64,000 bases of DNA from Dicyema japonicum (taxonomy: Eukaryota; Animalia; Dicyemida), in NCBI GenBank assembly GCA_011109175.1, contig RDEW01000041.1, positions 124,001 to 188,000 of the forward strand. The letters run 5' to 3'. The stretch's first letter is position 1; each line of letters begins with the position of its first letter. This document shows positions 26,084 through 38,239 of the stretch, piece by piece. Position numbers and translations under genes: made by a program. Under the pieces are notes generated by a model. That model saw only the letters and a program-made list of their open reading frames with translations. It did not search any database and was not told where the DNA came from.

Positions 26084-26479
26084 TTTTTATAATTTCGCTT
26101 TTTTGTTTCATTTTTATTTGAATGAGATTGAAAATATCTCAAGCACGTCATTTCTGATGATGTGGAACCGTTGACACGATACGCTTTCTTGCTGACGTAA
26201 TTTATTGAATGATGTCGTAGCACATGAGTCTCCCAAATAATCTATGTTGGATTCTGCTGCCCTTTATTCAGGAGACGGAAAAGGTCCCAATTGAATTAAA
26301 ATCTTTCCGTTCGATAAGGGGAAGCACTAGCATAGTAAACCGTTTATATCGCCTATGCAAATAAAGCTGAAAGAACGAAATATAAAGGTAAATAGCATCT
26401 GCGAATTGAGATAGATTAGACCAGGGGTGCATACAATCAGACTCCACATCCGTCCTCAGTCTGCTTTCAGAAGAGGCGA

Positions 26480-26738
26480 CGTTGAAGAATGGCCAGGGTT
26501 TCTTATGTTTCTGCAAGGAACTGGGAGACCCACTCAAGGAAAAGGTGGGCCATGCAGAGGAATTTTGGTCGGTTATAAAAAAGTGCACGCCGATTGAATT
26601 CCTTTGCAGAAGGAAGAGAAGGAATGCGGCTCGGTCATCAGAAGACCAGATGAAGAGAGTTCAAATGTTGTTGGCTGGGATTACCTAATTAGTTAGTACT
26701 GACCTATCTTTCTTGGTGGTCTTGGGGTTAAATAAATA
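26480..26738 (+). mobile_element. LINE 3' end fragment (family D-related)
   Basis: NGQGFLCFCKE..PIEF..LLAGIT* followed by a TAGTTAGT 3' motif and an A-rich tail. Confidence 0.6.
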
Positions 26739-26742
26739 AGAC

Positions 26743-28091
26743 CAGGGGTGTCAAACTCACTTCACTTCGAGGGCCGCATGTATAATAATTTCTCATCAAG
26801 AATATATTTTTTTTAATGAAAAAATATAAGAGAAACTTAATTATTTAATCACCACCCTTTAATTTTCTTTTTTGGATACAATTTTTGATATGTCAGGCTC
26901 AGCTATTTATTTAGTTCCTACTTTTATTATAGCGGATAAATTTTCATCAATGAATCTTGTTCTTAACTTTTTGAAGTGATAACCAGCGGACTGGAATATA
27001 AAAAGGAATGTCGCTGAACTGATTATTAATATCAGCAGTCTACTAAATTGCCGATGGTTTTGGGCATGATTTCTAATATATTTACTGTCTTTGTGACCAA
27101 ACTTTTCCTTTTTTAAATCTTTGAGCACAAATTTTCCTGATGAATAATACAATTAATGGAGAAATGATGACCCCAATATTCAAAGAGAATTTGCAGTAGT
27201 TTTACAAAGATTTCTTTACTTTTGGTAGTATCGTGCATTGGTACCAGTTCGAGAAATTCTACATAAGTATTAAAATCTGAATCACAGGTAACAAAAATTG
27301 CTAATTGTGCAATTCCAACGACATCGACTGTTTCATTGATCACAGTTGAAAAAATAGTCAAATTTTAAAAATTCAGAGTTTAATTAGTTTTTTGAATCCA
27401 GACATTTCATTAATGTGTTCGGTAACAGTGTTTCTGGTTAATTAAATATTTTTTAAAAAGTGGGCGTTGTCTGGCAAATATTTTTGCTTTTTTACGAGGC
27501 ATTCCATAATGAAATCACCATCGCAATATGATTTTCCAACATTGAAAGCATTCTGCTGATTTCATAGCTTGCAGTAACTGATCTGTACTTCGATTATGAT
27601 TTTTTTGTGAAATGAGTCGGTTACGTAGTTAAAGCTTCTCGCACTTTATTTACCTTTAAAACACGCATTGGACCTTCTTGGTTAATAAGCAAATAATATC
27701 TTCGAAATAATTGTATGATCGATGATTAGATTGGTGCCTTTTTAGGTTGTATTCTTTCGGTATAGCGATAAACTGGTTACATATCAAACAGTGTATTTTT
27801 CGTTTCAGAACTTGTCTCCAGGTAACGATATTGTCCCCTGGGGAAAAATAGTGGATCCTCTTGATGCAGGCCAGGCATTGGACGTCTCCTCAGTAAGGTG
27901 GAACCAATGACGCCATCAAAGGGAGAAAAAATAATTTTTGACAAACTAGTCACATGGCGCCACGCTTCCACGTGAAGATCAAGAAAAAAATTTAATTAAA
28001 TGTAAAAAATAACAAAATGATTTTTTGTGGTTTATAGCGATTAAACCGGGCCGCACCTATGCTTGTTGAGGGCCGCATGTTTGACACCTTG
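26743..28091 (-). mobile_element. hAT (SPIN/GTF2IRD2-like) deletion derivative
   Basis: TIRs CAGGGGTGTCAAAC / GTTTGACACCTTG; degenerate 8-bp TSD AATAAGAC / GATTAGAC; motifs AQLAIFV, ELVPMHDTT and CIIHQENLC. Confidence 0.85.
27776..27970 (-). mobile_element. SINE-like family 2 copy nested in hAT
   Basis: Reverse-complement match to 18512-18727 and 57053-57290. Confidence 0.75.
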
Positions 28092-28298
28092 GATTAGACA
28101 GTTACTCCATGACTTTTCGATGGAAGGAACTGATTTCGGTTAGGAAAATATGAAATTCTCTTTTAGATAATTCGGGCCATTATCTTTGGCAACAACATAT
28201 CGATGGTTTCTGGATTATCAGACATTAAATCAGTACTCAAAGTTAACAAACATATTAATGTTCAATTTCCATCGTAAGTTACTCGATAGATCTCAAAT

Positions 28299-28382
28299 TC
28301 CTCTCCATTATAATTGATAGTTCTCGGATTTATCAAAGACATCCTCTCCATTATAATTGATAGTTCTCGGATTTATCAAAGA
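28299..28382. repeat. Tandem duplication, 41 bp identical, period 43
   Basis: TCCTCTCCATTATAATTGATAGTTCTCGGATTTATCAAAGA at 28299-28339 and 28342-28382. Confidence 0.95.
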
Positions 28383-28724
28383 TTTAGTCCCTACATCTTG
28401 GTAGAGACGGCAACGTGCTTGGTAGAGGATTTCTTTTCTAGAAGTGCCATTGGATCCACCTAACTTAGAAGACTCTCAAAGCCAGACATGTAAAAAACAG
28501 ATGACAGCAACGCTAGAGAGAATCGACACTTGACGCCTTTCCATTATCTACCGCCAGTTTCTCCAGCCAAAACTGACCAATGCAATTACACCGTAGTCAG
28601 TTCATCCGATCCACTAATGTACCTGGTCTACAAATATTATTATTGTTACAAAAGAAAATAAATATATTTACAAAAAAAAAAATAAATATTATTAATAATT
28701 TAAATTTAAAAATAATAAACACGT

Positions 28725-30145
28725 ATGAATATATTTAAGTGCAGGTAATAATAAATCCCACAGTAGAATTGTTGAGAATGGGGAATATTTAGTGGGAGTA
28801 TCAACAGCCCTGTCTGTGATTGGGTCATTTGTTCTCCACAGACTTTTATTGGAAATGAAGGATTACTTCATAAAGGCCAACCTTTACGGCATTGACGTGC
28901 ACAAAAAGTCATCTCCTAAAATGTGGGTTTTTAGTGACTTTTCCAGTCCTGAAGCTCAGGGTGTTCTTGTAGGGGCTGTATACCTCATCGCTGTGATCCT
29001 CATGATTCCATTGACTTTCTTCAGGTTTGTCGGCGAATCTGACGTCACCTCATTCCCTCTTTTAGAGGTTTTTTATTTTACTTAAAATGCTTCACATAGA
29101 GCAGTAAATTTAATTATCAAATAAATTTTATTTAATATTTTTAATATAATATTTATAGTTATTAAGTTTTATGGTTGCCCTTCTGAGCACGTGCTGCATG
29201 ATTCTGCTGGGATTCGTCGACGACGTCCTCAACATCAAATGGAGGTACAAACTGGTAATTCCCACCCTTTCATCTCTCCCTCTCCTCGTGATCTACTTTC
29301 TGACTCCCACAACACCACAGTGGCGGTCCCTCGACCTTTGGAGTTCATATTTGGAAGGATCATTGATCTCGGGCTTTTTTACTACGTTTATATGGCCATG
29401 TTGGCTGTGTTCTGCACAAACGCTATTAACATTTACGCGGGATAAACGGTCTTGAGGTTGGGCAGAGTCTGATCATCGGCCTCCCTTTTGGTTCACTCCT
29501 TTATCAGCCTTGCTGCTCAAACGGGGACCGAAAACTGCTCAAAGTGGACGCATTACTTCTCCGTGATGAACTTGCTGCCCTTTTTAGCCCTCAGTTTCGT
29601 CCTCCTCAAGCACAACTGGTGTCCTGCCAAGGTTTTTGTGGGGGACACTTACTGCTACCTGGCGGGAATGTTTTTTGCCGTTGTTTCAATTCACGGACAT
29701 TTTTCGAAGACTCTCCTTCTATTTTTCGGTCCCCAAATTGCCAATTTCTTGTACTCCCTGCCTCAGCTTTTCTATTTGATTCCGTGTCCCCGTCACAGAA
29801 TGCCCAGGTAGTCCCCTCCCTCATTTAGATATGTTGAGGATGCTGACAAGGTTGTGGCCAGTGAGGTCACCTTCAGGCCAACCTCCTTGTCTTTTCTTGG
29901 AAGGACCGTGTGGAGTCTCTTTTCTAAATTGAGAATGGTCAGTTACATTATGGATGAGGATGGACACGTGACTTGTAATAATTTCACACTACTGAACGGT
30001 GTGTTATGCATGACTGGCCCTATAAGTGAAGTGAGACTGACTTGTTTGCTTTTGTTACTCCAGGTTGGTTGTCCTCACTATTTAGGTGGTTTGGTCGATG
30101 TTTGCTTTTTATGTGAGATATTTTTTGGTGGATATTTTGTTTTAA
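28725..30145 (+). CDS. DPAGT1: UDP-GlcNAc:dolichyl-phosphate GlcNAc-1-P transferase (ALG7); introns 28745-766, 28923-946, 29068-158, 29808-828, 30064-085; three apparent frameshifts
   Basis: [40 protein letters not shown](I)[38 protein letters not shown] and NNFTLLN; TAA at 30143-30145. Confidence 0.93.
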
Positions 30146-30645
30146 CATATTTTGCTATTTTGAAATAATTTTTAACTGTACTAGTCATTTCTTGCCAGTT
30201 GTGGACTGCGGGTGTTGTGGGAAGTGGGATTATAAATTAAATGATTGCTTCCGACTGGTCTCGGAGTTCATTGATAAGCCGGTCGAAGACTGTTAGGCTT
30301 GCTCTTTTAGGAATACCTAACGATATATTTACTGTTACTATCTATCAACGTGGATGGATTATATGACTAAAAGTCTAGTTTGGCCTGTTTATCTCCAAAA
30401 TATTGAATGAGACACGAGGCCTTAAAACTAGTCATTTTAAGTTAGAGTTGCTCGCTCAGATATTTTTTTCAATAATTTCACTGAATTGACGATTTCAGCA
30501 TCTGAATTGGTAATTTTATTTCTAATGATTTAAATTTATTTCTCTCTTCTCTTAAGTCTCCGTAATTTATCACTCATAATTTTCTCTCTTCACCAGGTTG
30601 CAATTGGTTCGTCCTGTCGTTCGATCTGCTGTTAGTTAAATTCCA

Positions 30646-31445
30646 ACGATATTCCAGCCACCACTAGGTATCCTTCCGAATCTTTGCTTCGTGGCAAGAA
30701 AAATCTGAGATACCCATTCGGCTTCAGAGACAAAAAGGGAATCATTAGATCGAAAACTTCTTTTTTTGCCTTCTTCAATGCCTAAGATACTTCATGAGAT
30801 CCACCTGAATAGGGAGACGTTAACATGCATCCAAAAAGGACCCCTCTCTTCCCTATTCCAGTGGAAAGGTTCCCACAATGCCGGATATGGATGAACGAAA
30901 TGTTTGGAAAAAATATGTCACACTTGGACAGGGGGGAACTGGATGAAACCTCTTTAAGGTATATCACGTATTATTAAAGAAATTTCCCGTGACATTCTTA
31001 TGAATTTAAGAACTCTTTAATTGCATGTATGAAAAAGCTGAGCGACAATTCGCCTAGAAAAGATAATATAGATGTAAAAATTAAATGTTAAGATAATTTT
31101 TAAACATTTAAATTTTATTTATACTCATCTTATGTTTTATATTAAATAAATAGGAAAACCCTGTATGTTTTATACCTTCGTTGCTTAGAAGTTGTTGTGG
31201 TGGTGAACAAATAAAGAAGAGATAGTTAAGAACAGGACCATAGTCTGTGGGGTTGGATGATGTCACAAGAACTAATATTATCAAGAATATCATCGTTGGA
31301 ATATTGTTGCTAAAACTAACTTACATTCTCTTTCTGCTATTATTGAAAATGTCCATTGTGTCTCTGAAGCCGAATGGGTATTTCAGATTTTTCTTGCTAC
31401 GAAGCAAAGATTCAGAAGGACACCTAGTGGTGGCTGGAATATCGT
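30646..31445. repeat. 87-bp inverted repeat pair (30646-30732 and 31359-31445)
   Basis: 83 of 87 positions match as reverse complements by manual comparison. Confidence 0.9.
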
Positions 31446-31454
31446 CCTATCCTG

Positions 31455-33560
31455 CGGGTTGATGTGAAGAAGGCCTTTGATTCATAATCAACAGAATCAA
31501 AGGACTTTTCAGAAATACCCCGTTGGATTGTTAACTTTGTAAAGACCATAGTCAAGAAGTGGACTGTAAATCTCCACTTAGATGGAAGAAGAATTGGTTC
31601 TGTAAAGCTGGGATGTGGAATTCTGCAAGGAAGTTGTTCACGAGATCTTTCATCTTGCCGACTTGAAGATGAATTCGGAAAGTCAGCTTCTAATGTTAAA
31701 TCGTTATCATGCTGTGAGACATTGGAGGTAGTCAATGGATATTTGGGTGTTTTTGAAGATGGGGAAAGTAATGTTCTCAAAAATAAGGTTATGGAGTCCA
31801 TACATGAAAATGTTAAAAAGAATAATCATGCTTTCAAAAACTTGAATACGCAATTTCCCTAACTATTGGACTAGTTAATATTGAACCTATGAATTTGATG
31901 ATATTGACCGTCAAATACGGCAACTGCTTACGTCACTCAAGTTGCACTTCAAACGTGGAAATAAAGAGAGGCTGTATTTGGACAGTAAGACTTTTGGATG
32001 AAGACTTAAATCGATTTCGTTTAAGAGTGAATTAATACTCCTCCAGTTTCTTAAAAGTTTGGAAAAACAGTCGACTGTGTGTTTGCGAAGGTCGGGGATT
32101 CTGCGAGTAATAAAAACAAAAAATGGCACTTGGCTACAATCGCAGGCTCTTCTTGTCTCGAAATATGCGATTGCGGTTCAGTCAATATTGACGACTCAAA
32201 GTGCCGAAATCAGAGTTGACACGTAGATTATTATTAAAAACCAAAAATCACCGACAAATTAAATGACTACACAGCCGTCAGGTTATTCCGGCCGCCTCGA
32301 GTAGCCATCTCATTCTTGCTCGGTGTTCTTCCCGGGTTCCAACGCATTTCCGGATTGGGCGGGGGTTTCTAACTTTTTGGAGGGTAGTAAGGCTCCAGTT
32401 TTCCTCAATAATTCCTCAAAAGGTGTAGGGTTTAGAGGTGTCCAAGAAAATTTTTGCAAAACCTTAATAGTCAATTTTTGGAAGGTATTGATTTTTTCTT
32501 TATTCCTGTTTGATAGGTTGGTTCCCCAAGCAGCACACCCGTAAGTTAGAGACGGTTGAATATACTGCACGTAGAGTGAGTCCAAATTTGAGTTGAAACA
32601 CCCATTATATTGTCCAAGAAGTGTTTTAACAAAATTTAGCTTTCGTCGTGCCGAAGAGATAACGTTGTCGATGTGTTTGCTGAAGGTCAAGAGTGGGTCG
32701 TAAGTTACGCCCAGTATCTTGACCGAGTTGGTCGTGGGGATTGAGTTTCCTTTATGGCTACACATGGAGTGGAGTTTGTTAATCTTCTGTTTGTTGTGAA
32801 AATTGTTTTATAAGACTTTTCGGGACTTGTATGTCGAATGTTCTCAACGAGCCAACAGTTCAGATCGTCCAATGAAGCTTGATCCGGTAAACAACAGCAT
32901 GAACGCACTGGTCTTTGACTGCGACGATTATATCATCCGCATATCTCAGAACCAGAGTATCTTCACTGGTAGGGGAGGGCATATCATTTAAGAATAAGTT
33001 GAACAGGTGTGGTGACAAAAACAAAAGTCCAATTTAATAAACTTGAGATTTTTATTTACGACAAAATAAAGAAGGAGATAACCTTAATCGAAGTGGGCAT
33101 TACTTCACAAGACCGACTAAAGCAAGTTGAAGTTGAGAAACTTCGCTTGCAAATGAACTTTGGCTACTCTATGAATGCCAAGTGAAGATTATTCCAGTGG
33201 TTTTGACATAAGATGGAGTTGTCTCAAGATGCTTCAAAGATCATATGGATAAATTATCTATTGAAGAATCAACGTGGACATACATCCAATTGGTTGTGCT
33301 GAAAAGAACGCTCGAAAGTATGCTCACTGAACGATGAAGCATGGAATGAAAATATACGATGAAGAGTATGCCTCTTTCGCAGAACAACTTGTGGAACTGG
33401 CGTGTCGTGAGGACATTCGACTGAACGAAGATATAATGACAGACATTAACATGGAGATGGGGAACAAAAGGAAACTAGCCAGCAAACTCTTCTTCTAAGA
33501 TAAGGAGAGATTACCAACGATCTGGATTAAATTCTTAATTAGATATATGAATCCAAATAT
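31455..33560 (+). mobile_element. R4/Dong-like RLE non-LTR retrotransposon, decayed, split by a LINE
   Basis: VDVKKAFDS, IPRWIVNFVK..GILQG and NKERLYL; after the nested LINE, IFIYDK.KKEITLIEVGITSQDRLKQVEVEK..IIPVVLT.DGVV..YIQLVVLKRTLES. Confidence 0.82.
32227..33015 (-). mobile_element. LINE family A copy (5'-truncated)
   Basis: Highly similar to ~6420-7170, including the 3' UTR; retains a segment deleted in the first copy. Confidence 0.92.
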
Positions 33561-34001
33561 TATTTAGAAATTTTCAGATTTTGCGCCTCATTCTCAGCCT
33601 AACCTCATTTAGAACCGGTCACAATAAATAATTAGCACAGCCATCCATCCAAAGTGGACCCCGCCGACATTATCGACGTTGCGTTGCCTCTGACGATTGT
33701 AACCGAGATCAACTGGAGAAGCCACCGGGTATCACGTGCGTCGTGGCTTTTTAGTATAGCTAGGCGTCCAAGTTTCTTTAGGAAGCGATTTTCCACTTAT
33801 TCCTCCAGTTGTCTCTACCACAATGGGATAGAACGCGAATCAGTCGCGTAGCACTTCGATTAGATATATTAAATTGAAAGGAGCTGGCTCATTAAGCGCA
33901 TTTCCTTGCAAATCGTCAGGGGAAATGCGTTTTCATTTATGAGAGCAGCCGGCAGTTGTTAACTGTTAGTTTTTAAGAAATTGTCAAATAAAGAACAAAT
34001 G

Positions 34002-34579
34002 TTAAGCATGACCCTTCTTGCCCTTAAGTTTCTTAACATAAAAGTCCAACTCAGAACCCTCAAGAATATACCCATCACAACGACCATGTTGTCCTGGCCG
34101 TGAAGTAACGATAGCTGCAAATAATTGTAGAATATAACAAAATAATTTTCCACTCACTAACTGATCCAACAGAGAAGTTGTCAAATCAGCTACTTTGTCA
34201 GTCATCTGATCTCCCTTTTTCCTTGGAAGGATTACTCCATAGTAATTCTCATATAGAGTAGGAAATGGAGCACAGTCAATACTTAGAATACACCCTTTCA
34301 CTATAGTCTTTTTTCTGAGCAGTTCCGTCGATGTACAATTGTAAACCACATCATTTATTCTAGAACGCTTTGTAAATCCTTCCGATGGCCATGAGAAACT
34401 TCCTGAAGACAATCTCAATGCTCTGGTCTACTTCCTTAGTTGATAGATTTGTATTCGCTGGTTGACGGCCCATATCAAACTTTCTTTTCTTCCTGAATGC
34501 AGGAATTCGTCCGCCTGTCTTCGTTTATGTTGTGAGTCTCTTGAAATTCTTAAGCATAATTGTGACACACATCACCCAT
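34002..34579 (-). pseudogene. RPS8: 40S ribosomal protein S8 unprocessed pseudogene
   Basis: M(G)ISRDSQHK.KTGG..KKRKFDMGRQPANT, RALRL..FSW, DVVYN and SRPGQHGRCDGYILEG. It has a frameshift near 34525, lacks the HTVRVRGGN segment and part of the central region, has an apparently mutated first-intron acceptor, and retains a 24-nt intron near 34115-34138. Confidence 0.85.
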
Positions 34580-35812
34580 AAATCACACGTTTTCTGCAGA
34601 AGAATCCGATTGGGGAAGGGAACTTCTTAACCAATCGACTTTCTTTTGCATTGGAAGAGGACAGGCGAACCAGGTTTCCATCCTCTTCACAGACCCAAAA
34701 GAATCCGGATCCACGATTAAGGGTCGTTTCTTCCGTTAGTAGGGGGATTGACCGTTGATCCAATATAAGGCCGTCATATGTATGGTTTTCCGGTATATCG
34801 AGTTCAGTATGCGGAGTGTAGTCTCCGATAATGCGAATCTCCACGCAACATTGGCATACTCCACAGCGGCGGGATTGTTTGCCGGTAGAGTGTTGCAATA
34901 GAAGCATCCAAATTCAAAGGAGTCCTCCAGACAAACGCACGTACAACGTTCAGCTTCTGCAGGACTTTAGTGAGGACTTTCTTCCCATTTAAGTTGAACT
35001 TCAATAGCCTGTCGAACATTATTAATCCAAGAATTGAGTGAGACCTTGTTACTAGTATCTGGATAGGGATGATGAAAATTCTTGAATCTTCTTTGGAACG
35101 ACGGTCTGAGGTGAATAGCGTACATTTTGACTTTCGGAGAAATCGTTATTCGGCTGCAGTGAACTAATCATAGAGTTTCCACTCCCGCCTGGGCATTAGC
35201 GGTTGCAACTTACGTCAATCGATTGCGTGTTGCAATTATAAAGTCGTCTGCTTAGGATACTAACAAAAAAATTTTCGTCCCCTTAATTTTTTAAGTCGTG
35301 GAGGAAAAGATTGAAAAGGGTCGGAGAAAGTGGGGAACCTTGGGGTACTCCGTTAGGCTGTAATCATGATCTATTATGACCGATGAAGACTCTCCACGTC
35401 GCCCAGAAAGAAAGTTGGACGACCACAGCTTTAGGTTTGGACGAACCTTGGGATCAAAAATCTTCCCAGTGAGAAGCTTCCTCAGGACTGTGTCGAAGGT
35501 CTTGTTTATGTCGATGGAGACCATTGTGGCTCGCATGTGTGGTGGGGTGGCATTAAATTCTTCGGCAATGAATTGGGATAGTCTGGTTAAATTTGTAGTG
35601 GTGAACCTTCCATGACGAAAGCCGATTAAGGGAGATCCGGAATAATGGCCGATAGTATTAGTTTTTCAAGAAGTTTTGATAACGTGTTGGCTAGGAAGAT
35701 CGGCTTATATGAAGCAGGTTCTCCCTCCAGTTATCCAGTCTTAAAAACTGGTTTGATAACAGAGTTTTTCCAAATCTTGTGAATAATATTGTAGTTAATA
35801 GAAAGGCTAAAT

Positions 35813-37843
35813 CAGTGTTTCCCAACCTGGGTTCCGCAAAGTTCAAAAAATTTTTTTATTCTTTTTTAAAAAAATGATTTTTCAAACCGGATTGATTTAA
35901 TTTGCGCGTGTCTAAGTGGAGTTTTGTGACAGTGCATATCTTAAAGTTCGATTGTATCGAGAAAGTTATATTGTCTTTGGTTTCACATGGACTGGGGACA
36001 TGGATTGCCCTCTTCCACTTTGTGTTGTTTGCGGTGAAAAACTTACGAATAGTGTTATGGCTCTAACAAAATTTTTCAACCAAGCACCCTGAACTTTCAA
36101 AGAAAAAAAGAATATTTTTGCGGAAATTGGACCAGAATAAATTTCAAGCATCCCGTTTTACAAAAAAAGTTCAAAATAAACGAAAAAGCACTTCATGTTA
36201 GTTATGCTGTTGCTGAGATTACCGCTAAAAATATAAAATCGCATACTCTCGCCGAAACTGTTATTTTGCCTGCATGCAAAGAAGTAGTGAAGATAATGTT
36301 CGGAGATATTGCTGCCGCTAGCTCGACTTAATTCCTATTTCTAATAATTTGTGAGCAAACGCATCAAGGATATAATAATAATGAAGCCTTTTCACGAGAG
36401 CCATAGTATTTATAGCTCCGCATAGGCAGGACACACACTTTATTTAAGTAAAGAACAGTTAATTTTAACTAATCGTAGAACCAAGGAATGATCTTCACTT
36501 CTTCTTTTTCTTGTGTGAGTGTCCTTTTAGACCATCCAGTTCCGCAGTGTGTTTCCACTGATGACGGCGTCACTCGCAAACCATTTCTGCATCGTAGATG
36601 CGTGGAACCTTCAACCAGGTGAACAGCAGCGAGATTCAAACCCGTAGCCTAAGCCACTTAAGCTCGACACCGAACAATTATGCCACCGACTATCAAAAAT
36701 ATTCTGATGACATTGAAACCACTTTGGTTCGGCGAATAAAAAAATCTGTGTTTTTTGCCTTTCAAGTGGATGAAAGGAAAAATGCAACTCTTGTTTTCGT
36801 TCGATATTGTGCTCCAGCAATGACTGGGCAATTTAAAGGCTTTGTTTCTATTGCGAAAAATAAGTATCCGAACATTATTTGCACGCATTGTTTTCTTCAT
36901 CGCGAGGCATTGGTCGCAAAAACTATTGGGCATGAACTTAAATGTGCTTTGGAAATGGTTGTAAAAATAATTAATTACATCAAAATGAGGCAGTTGAAAT
37001 TGAGACAGTTCTCGAAACTTTGTGAAAATGCAGAACATTCAGTTTTGATTTTCCATACTGAGGTAAGATGGATCTCAAAGGGAAACATGTAAATTAGTTT
37101 CTACGAACTGAGACGAATTGTCGGCTTTTTGTATACAAGAAAAGTTGGATGACTTTATTGAATGCCTCAATGATGAATGTTGGTGTTGCAAATTAGCATA
37201 TTTTCCATGAACTCAATGTTCTCAACAGCAGCATGCAAGGGAGAACTGAATGTCTATTGAGTTGCGCGGACAAAATAGCTGCTTTTCTGAAAAAAACTAC
37301 AAATATGGAAACGACATATCACGAATAGAAACTTGGAAATGTTCCCTCCAGTGCAAGAAAGAAATTTTAAAGAAATTGTACCACAAATTGTAGACCATTT
37401 GGAGTCACTATTTACATGTACAAATAATTTGAACTCTATGAGGAATCCTTTTGCTGAATACGAAATAACTGGAAACGAGCTATCATTAAAAGAGGAAGAA
37501 GATCTTGCGTTTGTTTCAAGTGTCAGAACGTTAAAAATGGAATATTTACAGCTTATTGATTCGTTTTGGCTGATCGTTAAAAAAGAATATCCTATTCTGG
37601 CAAACAAAGCTTTAAGAGTTTTGGTTCAGTTTTCAACGACTTATCTCTGTGAAAATGGATTTTCTGAATTAACAAATATAAATCATAAAAAACGAAGACC
37701 TGCGTTTTATCCCTGTCTAGGACAAATCCAAATATTACAGAGCTATGCAAGAAACATACTGATGTTTGTTAAAAACTATATAGGGGTTCCGGACAAAATG
37801 AAAAATGTCGATAGTGTTCCGTGCTCTCAAAAAGATTGGGAAC
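35813..37843 (+). mobile_element. hAT (ZBED5/8 Buster-like) transposon, decayed, right end truncated
   Basis: Left TIR CAGTGTTTCCCAACC; partial right TIR GATTGGGAACC; motifs PLCVVCGEKL, FAFQVDE, THCFLHREAL, HTEVRWISKG and FSTTYLCENGFS. Confidence 0.9.
36374..36691 (-). mobile_element. tRNA-headed SINE family 1, full length, with RTE-like LINE 3' tail
   Basis: A-box-like TGGCATAATTG and B-box-like GGTTTGAATCT at the 5' end; degenerate 11-bp TSD ATCAAGGATAT / ATCAAAAATAT; tail matches 48041-48074 at 32 of 34 positions. Confidence 0.85.
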
Positions 37844-38239
37844 CTCAGTGTTTCAGGTGAATCGAAGATACTTTGTCAGGCTGCAAGCCCGCGAGTTCTT
37901 TAATCTAGCGATAACCTCTGAGACCTGCTTCTCTGATAATAGTTCTTGTAAGGTTTTTCGATTTATGGGACGTACTTTGGTATCAGGTATTTATAGAATG
38001 CTCGAAGCTAATCGCAGCGTAATGTTTCATAATAGGTTAGGGTGTAGATTGTGTTCTTTACCGGTTCCAATTGCATCTTCCAACTCTGATTTAATTTGAT
38101 TTAGTGTTTCCAGAATTTATTAGATGAACTTTTCCCGTTGAGGCGATTGATCAGGTGTCACCATCTCTGATCCTGTGGGCTCTTATGCTCAGGCTGATGT
38201 TTTTATTGAGTTGTGTGATGGTTTTCAAAGATTTCAAGT

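Larger units (their letters stand above)
34585..38230 (-). mobile_element. LINE family D (RT to 3' region), interrupted by hAT 35813-37843
   Basis: IARLKNSRA..(hAT)..IWKNSVIKPVFK, SYKP, MVSIDINKTFDTV, NFLSGR, GVPQGS and GSGFFWVCEE. Confidence 0.82.

Noticed and set aside
27925-27945. AATTTTTGAC resembling the U4 snRNA Sm site
   Set aside because: The surrounding sequence shows no U4 or other snRNA similarity that I can recognise, and it lies in a dispersed repeat.
36555-36585. CTGATGA hammerhead-ribozyme-like core, and CTGAGGA in SINE family 2
   Set aside because: There is no correctly placed GAAA or stem III, and the CTGATGA is not conserved in the other copies (CTAATGA, CCAATGA).
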